Origin: Phyllobates terribilis | Taxonomy: Eukaryota | Length of the DNA: 64,000 bases | Assembly (NCBI RefSeq): GCF_046119375.1 | Contig: NW_027362769.1 | Coordinates: 143,406,001 to 143,470,000, forward strand | Direction of reading: 5' to 3' | In this document: piece by piece, positions 47,225 through 58,190 of the stretch | Position numbering within the stretch: position 1 is the stretch's first letter | Layout: each line of letters opens with the position of its first letter | Program-made: the position numbers and the translations under genes | Notes under the pieces: generated by a model | Told to the model about the DNA's origin: nothing | What the model saw: only the letters and a program-made list of their open reading frames with translations | The model's database searches: none

Positions 47225-48070
47225 ATGGGAAAACATACACTATATGAGCACAAGTATTAGGACACCTCCAGGAGCTTTTCTGACCTCCAATTGTAATTCC
47301 ATAGACATTAATATGAAGTTAGTCTCTTTGCAGATATAACAGCTCCAACTCTTCTGGAAAGGATTTCTATGAGAGTTCATAATCTCTGTTTTAGTTCTTC
47401 CCACCAAGCTCCCCTAACATGTCTGTATGGACCTTGTGCGCTGGACAAAGTCACGGGGAACAGAAAAGGGTCTTCCCTAAACTACTCCCACAAAGCTGGA
47501 AACTACAATTGGGACCTATTCCAACCCCTGAAAAACAAGCCCATAGCATTATCCTTTCTCCACCAAACTGTACAGGGGCACAATGCTGTCAGGGGGTAAC
47601 GTCCTCCTGGCATCCACAAAACCTAGACTCCTCCATCAGACACCAGATAGAGAAGTGTGATCCATCACTGCACAGAACACGTTTCCTCCAGAGTCCAGTG
47701 GTGGCAGCTTTACACCACTTCATCCAACGCTCGGCATTGTGCTTGGTGATGTACGGCTGCATGCAATTGCTCGGCCATGAAGCTCCCGGCAGGGGCGTAG
47801 TTTTTGTGCCAATGTTAATACCAGAGGAGGTCTGGACTCTTCAGTTATGGAGTCAGCAGAGTGGTGGTGACTTTTCTGCCCTCTGCTCCTGAGCACCTCG
47901 GCCCCCCGGGGTCACCACTTTGTGGCTGAGTTGCTGCGGTTCCTTCCACTTCTCAATAATATCCCTCACAGGTGATGGGGGAAGATTTAGGAGGAAGAAA
48001 TGTCATGAACGGACTTGTTACCCCGGTGGCTCCTATTACAGGACCGCGCTGGTATCAGTGATCTCTGCAT
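47225..48070 (-). mobile_element. Old, degenerate Tc1-like transposase remnant
   Basis: Minus strand retains a decayed WSDES-RF-IW-SDG-VWVWRMPG-like segment (~47600-47690) with many stops. Confidence 0.5.
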
Positions 48071-48109
48071 CACTGGCAGTTCTTTCACACATTAGTAATG
48101 GCAGAAGTC

Positions 48110-49790
48110 ATTGCGAGGGGCCGGATGTTATACACCAGGGGCAAAGACCAGATGTTATACACTTGGGACGAGGGGCCGGATGTTATACACCAGGGGCGAA
48201 GGCCAGATGTTATACACTTGGGACGAGGGGCCGGATGTTATACACCAGGGGCGAAGGCCAGATGTTATACACTTGGGACGAGGGGCCGGATGTTATACAC
48301 TGGGGAGCGAGGGCCCGATGTTATACAATGGGAGGCGAGGGCTGGATGTTACACACTGTACACATTGGGGGGGCGAGGGCCGGATGTTATACTCTGGGGG
48401 GCGGGAGGCCGGATGTTACACACTGTACACATTGGGGGGGCGAGGGCCGGATGTTATACTCTGGGGGGCGAGGGCTGGATGTTATACACTGGGGGGCGGC
48501 GGGCCGGATGTTATACACTGGGGGGCGGGAGGCGGGATGTTATACACTGGGGGAGCGAGGGCCGAATGTTATACACTGGGGGTGAAGGCAGGATGTTATT
48601 CACCAGGAACGGGGGGCCTTATGTTATACACTGGGGAGCAAGTACCTGACGTTATATACCGGGGGGACGAGGGCTGGGTGTTATACACAGGGGGCGGAAG
48701 GCCGGATCTTATACACTGGAGGGCGAGGGCTGGATGTTATACACCGGGGATGGGGGATGGATATTATACACTGGGGGGCGAGGGTCGGATGCTATACACA
48801 GGGGAAAGGGGGCCAGATGTTATACACTGGGGGGCGAGGGCCAAATGTTATACACTGGGGACGGGGGCCAGATGTTATACACTGGGGGGCAAGGGCCGGA
48901 TGTTATACACTGGGGGGTGAGTACCAGATGTTATGCACTGGGGGTGAGGGCCGGATGTTATGCACTGGGGGGCGAGGGCCGGATGTTATGCACTGGGGGT
49001 GAGGGCCAGATGTTATACACTGGGGGGGTGAGTGCCGGATGTTATACACTGGGGGGCGAGGGCCGGATGTTATACACTGGAGGATGAGGGCCGGATGTTA
49101 TGCACTGGGGGCGAGGGCCAGATGTTATACACTGGGGGGTGAGGGCCGGATGTTATGCACTGGGGGGCGAGGGCCAGATGTTATACACTGGGGGGGTGAG
49201 TGCCGGATGTTATGCACTGGGGGTGAGGGCCGGATGTTATGCACTGGGGGGCGAGGGCCGGATGTTATACATCGGGGGGTGAGGGCCAGATGTTATGCAC
49301 TGGGGGGGTGAGTGCCGGATGTTATGCACTGGGGGGCGAGGGCCGGATGTTATGCACTGGGGGTGAGGGCCGGATGTTATGCACTGGGGGTGAGGGCCGG
49401 ATGTTATGCACTGGGGGGCGAGGGCTGAATGTTATACTCTGGGGGGGTGAGTGCCAGATGTTATACACTGGGGGGCGAGGGCCGGATGTTATGCACTGGG
49501 GGGCGAGGGCCGGATGTTATACACTGGGGGTGAGGGCCGGATGTTATGCACTGGGGGGCGAGGGCCGGATGTTATACACTGGGGGGCGAGGGCCGGATGT
49601 TATACACTGGGGGGCGAGGGCCGGATGTTATACACTGGGGGGCGAGGGCCGGATGTTATGCACTGGGGGGCGAGGGCCGGATGTTATGCACTGGGGGGCG
49701 AGGGCCGGATGTTATACACTGGGGGGCGAGGGCCGGATGTTATACACTGGGGGGCGAGGGCCGGATGTTATACACTGGGGGAAAAGGGGA
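48110..49790 (+). repeat. G-rich 28-bp minisatellite (actggggggcgagggccggatgttatac)n
   Basis: Period 28 (for example 49561 and 49589); more homogeneous toward the right end. Confidence 0.95.
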
Positions 49791-52700
49791 CTGAATGAAA
49801 ACCTGAGTTCAGAGTGTGTCCCAATACTTTTGTCCATATAGTATAATTTCATACTGTTTATTATAATACTAGCTCTGTCATTTCATGCACAGTTGAAGTT
49901 TTTCTCATCTTCTGACATGTTTTATGACTTCACACTTATGGGCTAATTTAAGATACCAAAATTGTATCCCCACACATGAAAAGGAAAAAATATTTTTAGT
50001 TATTTTGTTTATTCTATATGTATTTATTTGTATTTTACGCTTAATCTACGTTCACACGTTCAGTATTTGATCAATATTTTACCTCCGTATTGAAGGGAAC
50101 CTGACAGTTGATAGATGGTCATCATGTATCAGACACTAGCAGCATGATTTCAGCCGTTACAGTATGTTTAACTCTGAAATGCTGCAACGTTTCAGAGAAT
50201 AATATACACTGTAAAAGCCACCGGGGACTGAGCTACACAGGAAACTAGTCAGATGGGCGGATCCCCGGTGGTTTCTCCCCGCCCGCTGCCAGTGACTGAC
50301 AGGTCTGTCCCTATACATGCACACAGGGAGAGACCTGTCACTCCAGGGTAGCAGGCGGGGAGAAACCGCCGGGAATCCGCCTGTCCGACTAGTTCCTTTG
50401 CAACTCGGTCCAAAAATTATTTAAATTAATATTTGCTTTTGTGCTGTTTTTTTGCTAATATGTCGAAAACAGTAGATCCTAAAATGCTGAGACCCGATGT
50501 TAACCCCCCACCAAGTGCCTGTTCTACCTATGTGACAAATTTAGGGCAGATTGGTCTGGAGAAAGGGCAGCCGCTGTGTTGCCCCCCATTGTTTTCACTG
50601 CACAGTAGCTTACTTTGGGTGGGACGATGTTGATGACATCACTGCTCTAAAACTACAGGTCCCGTAATGACATTGTGTTGAGTTGGTAGATCACGACCAC
50701 AAACATTAATATAAATTCTCTTTAAATTGAATCTATCACTAGATTTCAAAATAACTGCAATGATATTAAATAGATTCTGGGGTACTTACTTGGAAACTCC
50801 ACATCAGATTGTATAATACTGATATTAAGATGAGTGTTTTATGCTTATTTTAATATTCGGTAGGAAAAGTTACATAATGAATTATTTATAGTGCTTCTCT
50901 TGCAGGAATTTTCAAAATAAGTATATCAGCTTCATCAGGTCCAAGAGATCCATAATAATTTATGTATCTTATATTATAAAATCTAATGACATCTGCTTGA
51001 CTGCTTGAAATATAACTCATTGGACTTCATTTATCTCAACCTTCTAAGAGAAAAACTGTCTTTGTTATCCACAGCAACTAATCAGAGCTCAACTCTCATT
51101 TTTTAACCCTTTACTGTCAAGGCCAGTTTTAATTTTTGGACTTCCGTTTTTTTTTCCCTTCTCCTTTTTCCAAGAGTCATGACTTTTTTTTATTTTTCTA
51201 TTTCATACCCATGTGAGGTCTTGTTTTTCTCTGTCGTTTTGAACTACAGCATTTCCTTTACCAAATAATGTACTGAAAAATGCAAATAAAATTTCAAGTG
51301 AGGTGAAATACTGGAAAATATATAATTCTGTTATTGTTTTTTGAGGTTTTGTTTGTACGGTGTTCACTTTGCAGTAAAATGGACCTGATTACCTAATTCT
51401 CCAGGTCAGTATGATTACGACAATATTAACCCCTTTCTGACCCAAGGTGTACTAATACATACAGTATATGCTGCTGCATCTCTATGCTACTGTATATAAG
51501 CAATCAGGCTGCAAAAAGTGAAAGTCCCATAGTGGGACATAGTGTACAAGTAAAAAAAAGTGCTAGAAAGTGAAAAAAAAAATGTAAATATATATATATA
51601 TATATAAAAAATCCCCCATGAAATAAAAATATACTGTACCCATAAATACATATTATTATGAAAAAAACAAAAAAAACAATAAAAGTACACATTTTGTATC
51701 GCTGCGTCCGGTACGACCTGACCTATAAAAATGTCCCACTAGTTAACCCTTTTAGTGAACACGGTAAAAAATAAAAATAAAAGACGAAGCAAAAAACAAT
51801 GCCTGATCATACCATCAAACAAAAAATGGAATAAAACGCGATCAAAAAGACGAATATAAAAAAAAATGGTACCGCTAAAAACGTCATCTTGTCCCGCAAA
51901 AAACAAGCTGCCATTCAGTGCCATTAGCCCAAAAATAATAGTTATAGCTCTCAGTATAAAGCGATACAAAAAAAAATATTTTTTTCTATAAAATAGTTTT
52001 TATTGTGTAAAAGCGCCAAAAAAAAAAAATGGTACCACTGTAAACATACTGACCCAAAGAATAAAGCTGCCTTATCCATTTTACCACACGCAGAACGGCA
52101 TAAAAAAAAAAAAAAAAATTCCTGAATTGTTGGTTTTTGTTTAGAATGCCTGCCAAAAATCGGAATAGAAAGCAATCAAAAAATGTCACTTGCCCAAAAA
52201 TGGTACCAATAAAAACGTCAACTTGTCCCGCAAAAAACAAGCCATCACATGACTGTCGGCCGAAATATGGAAAAATTATAGCTCTCAAAATATGGCTATG
52301 CAAAAATTAGTCTTTGCAAAAAATATTTTTTTTAGTGTGTGACAGTGACGCGCCCCCTGGGCCATATTCGTTAGTGGGAATATCCGGAGCCGGATCAGAT
52401 GGGGGTTGTAGTCTTCCGAGTGGCTGTGACCCGGTCCGTGCCCAGGGTGTCAAACTGAGTTGTATGTGGCAGTCCTACAGATGTTATAAGTTCTTTATTT
52501 GTCGACTACGCCACCCGTTGTGTTGCGGTCACTGTGGCCGCCGCTGCAGCAGGGTCCGCTGAGGCTGATGGTGTAGGTGCAGCTCTGGTGATATAACCCC
52601 CAACGGGTGGGGTATAGCCTCAGGGGGATCAGGTGCAGAGGATGGGAGTTGTGGTGATGCAGTGTAGACGGCAATCAGAGACAGAGTCGGGTTATGCAGT

Positions 52701-53975
52701 TTAGGATGTTTACTCACTGCTGATGTTCTGGTCACTCCAGCTTCGAGTGACCTCCCGAGCCGTGCTGCGTCCACCAGGTTCTGGATCCAGCCAACTCCCA
52801 AATAAGTCCGGAGCGTGACCCTGAGCTCTCCTTCAGTCCTTTCTCTGGCCGTCCCCACTATTGATCCACCCAGGTCCAGCTCCCTCGGGCCTTCTGTTGG
52901 GACACCCTTGGCCTTGGGTTCCCTGACCCTCCACGTGGTATGCCTTCGTGGTGGATGTGGTGGGTGACCGTGGCAAACGCTGCCCACGGTCTCCGGTCTC
53001 TGGCTGGGGAGTGTTTTTACCCCCACCAGCTTGGGTTCCGGTACCCTGTGCCGACTCTTCACCCGGGGATTTAGTTTGGGGTCTTAGAGTCCTTTTCTTC
53101 TGTGCCTCTGGGTCTCTCTCTCTCTCCTCTCTCACTCTGGGTCTCTCTTCTCCTCTGCTCCTGACTTTCTCTCTGCAACTGACCCTGTTCTTAGTTGGTG
53201 CCCACCTTATATACACCCTCTATGTGTGAGCTCAGGTGACCAGCACCCAATGAGCTCCTAACTTTACCCAGGCTGCTCCCCCTATCTGCCCCTACACTAC
53301 TTGGGATGTACCACCCCCCTCCCACTCCAGCCAGGAACAGACTCGGTCGTACCTGCACATTTCTAAGTGGGAGTACCGTCGGTCTGCTCCTCGGAAATGG
53401 GATGTGTGTAGTGCATGCAGCCTACCGAGCTCAGTTCCACACTCCATCCTTACCCGGGAGTGGAATATCACACCTCTGGGTTGAGGTGCAATACCCCTGT
53501 AGCAGCCGAATCCTCAGGGTGCTACATTCCCCCCTGGTAAATCACAGCACGTCCTCGGGCTGTAAGACATAACACCAAAAACATACAAATTTTTCATAAA
53601 CATATAAAACATATAAAACAACATATATATATATATCAATATAAAACATTCTCGTCGCCTCTGGCTCCTCCTCCGGTCACTGTGCAACGTGTGACCGGGT
53701 AAAGTGCGACAGTCTCTCTGGAAAACTGGTTTTCCTATAAAACCGGTAGGGGGCGCTTTAGGAAGCGCAACTATATACAGGGGAAGTTGGCCGCTCTCAG
53801 TCCTCGGCCAGGTAAAGGGAAGGGAATGGCTGCTCACAGTCCTCAGCCTGGTATGAATACGGAATAACGGGTAAACAGTTCACTCATGCTGGTCCCAACG
53901 GGGACTATATATATGTAGCAACAGTTTCTTTGGTACCCGGTCGGGTAACTATTTACATCTACTGCTCTGCCGCAC

Positions 53976-55803
53976 TCAACGGCGTCTTCCTCCTGCTCTT
54001 TGCTTGTAGCTGGTTGTAACTTCAGACCCGTCCGGGTCCTCTTGCTCCTCCTCCTCGCACCGCAACTCCTCCTCCGTCAGGCGATGCACATGGAGGGCGT
54101 AAGGTCCTTTGGCACACTTGTGCCGGGTAAAGGTGACCTCGTCCCCGATATAAAGGTCACGACCTCTGTGCCCCTCCGGCAGATGGGACTCCACATCTCT
54201 GCGCGTGACAAAGACGCCGCCGGGGGTGTTGTTGTCTCTGATGAAGCCCCACCCATGCTGCAGGTTAAACTTTATTACAGTCCCGGTGGTACGGGGACTG
54301 TGCGCTGCACGGGGGTCCCTCCTGGTTCGGCTCTTCTGCTCGGCGCTCCATACTTGGGCCTGTTGCTCCCGGACCCGCCTCTCTCTCCGCTCCCTCGCAA
54401 ACTCTTCGAGCTGCTGTCGGCAACACTCAGCACGCTCCGCTGCAGCTGCCCTGGTTTCCTGAGTGAACCCCATTAGGTCTTCTCCGGTGGGGTCCCACTC
54501 AAATTGGGCTTCTTCCAGAGGAGGCGAGACCCGTGCCACGGGCTTCGGAGCCGGAATCAGGGGCTCACACAAGGGCCCTAGTCTCTGCTGCCGTTCCAGC
54601 TCATGGAATTCTTCGGGCCAGATGAAGGGCCGCCCGTCCGGCCATGTGAGCTGGCTGAACAAGTCCTCCCCCAGGTGTGGCACCCTTGGTTTTACGGGCG
54701 CGGGCGCGGTGGTGGTGGCGCCCGGATTGCCCAGGCCTTGCGGCCAGGCCTGGGGCACCTGGAAGGTGAAGGGCACCGTTAATACGGCGGCGCCCTGGGC
54801 TACCTGGCCTTGCGACCAGGCCGGAGGCTCCGCGGAGGTAGGGGGCGCTGTTGGTGATGCGGCGCCCGGGGGTACTAGGCCTTGCGACCAGGCTGGTGGT
54901 ATTTCCTGCTTTGTCACGCTCCGGGTCGAGGCGCGTGACGTCACAGGGGTCGCTGCGGCGGCTTCCGGTCGGGGCCTAGTCCATAGCGGTGACATGGCGG
55001 CTACGGGCACAGCAGGGGGACTTTCGGGCTCTGCGACGGGGAGCTGGGGCAGGTGGGCGGTTTCCCGGCTTGGGGTATAGGCGTCCCCTTTACCTGCCTC
55101 CTTGCGTCCGGCTCCCTTCTCGGCGCCGTCTCCGGCCTTTGGTCCTCCCGCGCCATCCTCAGAGGCGGTCTGTTTCCTCTTCCAGGGTAGCGTGCTCCGT
55201 TGACTGGTCTCAGCTTGCTGGGCCATCTCCCGGCTCCATTCCGCCAATATCTCGCGCTGTACCCGGGCCATCCTCCGTGCGAGGCCCTCTAGGGCAGTCT
55301 GTGCACACTCCCGGTCTCGGGGGAGCTGTGCAAGGACCTCCACTAGGCCTAGTGGGGTCGTGGTGTCTAGCAGGCTCCTGACCAACGGGTCAGCTGCTCT
55401 GCTCTTCTTCCAGCAGGCTCCTGGCCAGCGGGCCGGTGCTGCTCCGCTCTCCTTCCTCGGTCTCTAGCAGACTCCTGGCCAGCGGGCCGGTGCTGTTCTG
55501 CTTTCTCTCCATCTCCGGGTAAGCTCCTCCGCTACTCCTCTCCAGGCTTCTTGCCTCCGGGTGCGCTCGCTCCAGACTGCTCCAGGCGGCACCCATCTTC
55601 GTTCTTTTCTTTCGTCTCCTCCCACTTCGAGGGCGGTCCCGGGGCAACTCGGTGACTGTCAGCTCCAGGGGTAGTTCTTTCACGCTGACAGACACCTCCA
55701 GCATCACAGTCTCTGTTGGTGGGGGCGGTTTCCACTTTTGGCGCCATTTTCTGTCCTGGCCCACGATGGGAGGCGGCCTCTTGCCCTCCTTTGGCACGCC
55801 CAT
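53976..55803 (-). pseudogene. ~609-codon ORF of LTR copy 2 with one frameshift (~55390) and a C-terminal cold-shock domain
   Basis: ORFs 55390-56082 and 53976-55385 join into one protein collinear with the copy 1 ORF. CSD at ~54078-54290: TTGTVIKFNLQHGWGFIRDNNTPGGVFVTRRDV...LYIGDEVTFTRHKCAKGPYALHV. Confidence 0.8.
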
Positions 55804-56040
55804 AATGGCGTCCGCTGCTCTTCCAAGGCGGGAAATCTTCGGATTTGGCGGGAAGAGTCGCCCAGTGGCGGGAAACTCTGCAGATGGCGGGAACAAGCTG
55901 GAAATGGCGGACAATCGGCGGGAAACGACCTGTGATGGGGTCCGATGGCGTGGACCCTCCGGAACCGGCGGGAGACTTCTTTCTGAGGTAAACTTGCACT
56001 TTTCTTCAGGCACGCAGTACCCGGGTGTTGCGGGCACGTA

Positions 56041-56058
56041 ATCCTGCCGACTACGCCA
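56041..56058 (-). promoter_or_regulatory. tRNA-Ser primer binding site
   Basis: Same 18-nt TGGCGTAGTCGGCAGGAT, 4 nt from the 5' LTR. Confidence 0.9.
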
Positions 56059-57361
56059 AAGTTGACGCGCCCCCTGGGCCATATTCGTTAGTGGGAATAT
56101 CCGGAGCCGGATCAGATGGGGGTTGTAGTCTTCCGAGTGGCTGTGACCCGGTCCGTGCCCAGGGTGTCAAACTGAGTTGTATGTGGCAGTCCTACAGATG
56201 TTATAAGTTCTTTATTTGTCGACTACGCCACCCGTTGTGTTGCGGTCACTGTGGCCGCCGCTGCAGCAGGGTCCGCTGAGGCTGATGGTATAGGTGCAGC
56301 TCTGGTGATATAACCCCCAACGGGTGGGGTATAGCCTCAGGGGGATCAGGTGCAGAGGATGGGAGTTGTGGTGATGCAGTGTAGACGGCAATCAGAGACA
56401 GAGTCGGGTTATGCAGTTTAGGATGTTTACTCACTGCTGATGTTCTGGTCACTCCAGCTTCGAGTGACCTCCCGAGCCGTGCTGCGTCCACCAGGTTCTG
56501 GATCCAGCCAACTCCCAAATAAGTCCGGAGCGTGACCCTGAGCTCTCCTTCAGTCGTTTCTCTGGCCGTCCCCACTATTGATCCACCCAGGTCCAGCTCC
56601 CTCGGGCCTTCTGTTGGGACACCCTTGGCCTTGGGTTCCCTGACCCTCCACGTGGTATGCCTTCGTGGTGGATGTGGTGGGTGACCGTGGCAAACGCTGC
56701 CCACGGTCTCCGGTCTCTGGCTGGGGAGTGTTTTTACCCCCACCAGCTTGGGTTCCGGTACCCTGTGCCGACTCTTCACCCGGGGATTTAGTTTGGGGTC
56801 TTAGAGTCCTTTTCTTCTGTGCCTCTGGGTCTCTCTCTCTCTCCTCTCTCACTCTGGGTCTCTCTTCTCCTCTGCTCCTGACTTTCTCTCTGCAACTGAC
56901 CCTGTTCTTAGTTGGTGCCCACCTTATATACACCCTCTATGTGTGAGCTCAGGTGACCAGCACCCAATGAGCTCCTAACTTTACCCAGGCTGCTCCCCCT
57001 ATCTGCCCCTACACTACTTGGGATGTACCACCCCCCTCCCACTCCAGCCAGGAACAGACTCGGTCGTACCTGCACATTTCTAAGTGGGAGTACCGTCGGT
57101 CTGCTCCTCGGAAATGGGATGTGTGTAGTGCATGCAGCCTACCGAGCTCAGTTCCACACTCCATCCTTACCCGGGAGTGGAATATCACACCTCTGGGTTG
57201 AGGTGCAATACCCCTGTAGCAGCCGAATCCTCAGGGTGCTACAACAGCTGTCAATCATAAAAACCCGATATGAATCTGGCATCACTCTAATCACACCGAA
57301 CCAAAGAATAAAGTCGTCTAATCACTTATACCGCATGAGGAAAGGAGTAAAAAATAAACTC

Positions 57362-58190
57362 TAGGGTTAGGGTTTTGTAGGGTTAGGGTTTTGCTAGGGT
57401 TAGGGTTTTGCTAGGGTGAGTGTTTTGCTAGGGTTAGGGTCATGCTAGGGTTATGGTCGGGCTAGGGTTAGGGTCGGGCTAGGGTTAGGGTCGTGCTAGG
57501 GTTAGGGTTGTGCTAGGGTTAGGGTTGTGCTAGCGTTAGGGTTGGGATAGGGTTAGGGTTGGGCTAGGCTTAGGGTTGTGCTAGGGTTAGGGTTGTGCTA
57601 GGGTTAGGGTTATGCTAGGGTTAGGGTTGTGCTAGGGTTAGGGTTGTGCTAGAGATAGGGTTGGGCTAGGGTTGGGCTAGAGTTAGGGTTAGGGTTGGGC
57701 TAGGGTTAGGGTTGGGCTAGGGTTAGGGTTGGGCTAGGGTTAGGGTTGTGCTAGGGTTAGGGATGTGCTAGAGTTAGGGTTGGGCTAGGGTTAGGGTTGG
57801 GCTAGGGTTAGGGTTGTGCTAGAGTTAGGGTCAGGGTTGTGCTAGGGTTAGGGTTGTGCTAGGGTTAGGGTTGTGCTAGAGTTAGGGTTGGGCTAGGATT
57901 AGGGTTGTGCTAGGGTTAGGGTTGGGCTAGAGTTAGGGTTAGGGTTGGGCTAGGGTTAGGGTTGGGCTAGGGTTAGGGTTAGGGTTGGGCTAGGGTTAGG
58001 GTTAAGGTTGGGCTAGGGTTAGGGCTAAGGTTGTGCTAGGGTTAGGGTTAAGGTTGTGCTAGGGTTAGGGTTAAGGTTGTGCTAGGGTTAGGGTTAAGGT
58101 TGTGCTAGGGTTAGGGTTAAGGTTGTGCTAGGGTTAGGGTTGGGTTAGGGTTGGGGTTGGGCTAGGGTTAGGGTTGTGCAAGGGTTGGGA
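57362..58190 (+). repeat. Interstitial telomere-like array: TTAGGG alternating with TTG(T/G)GCTAGGG
   Basis: Dominant 17-bp composite ttagggttgtgctaggg, with 23-bp variants carrying an extra TTAGGG or TTAAGG. Confidence 0.95.

Larger units (their letters stand above)
52346..57243 (-). mobile_element. Non-autonomous LTR element, copy 2, encoding a cold-shock-domain protein
   Basis: LTRs 56063-57243 and 52346-53526 (1181 bp each, about 2 differences by eye). TSD ACAG at 52342-52345 and 57244-57247. tRNA-Ser PBS at 56041-56058; PPT at 53527-53537. The 2536-bp interior has no gag or pol motifs. Confidence 0.95.

Noticed and set aside
47920-49841. Many Gly/Cys/Tyr-rich ORFs resembling keratin-associated or cuticle proteins
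   Set aside because: Translations of a 28-bp minisatellite that cycles through all three frames.
57362-58190. True chromosome end or fusion scar
   Set aside because: Composite non-canonical units, single orientation with no head-to-head junction, and ordinary repeat sequence on both sides.
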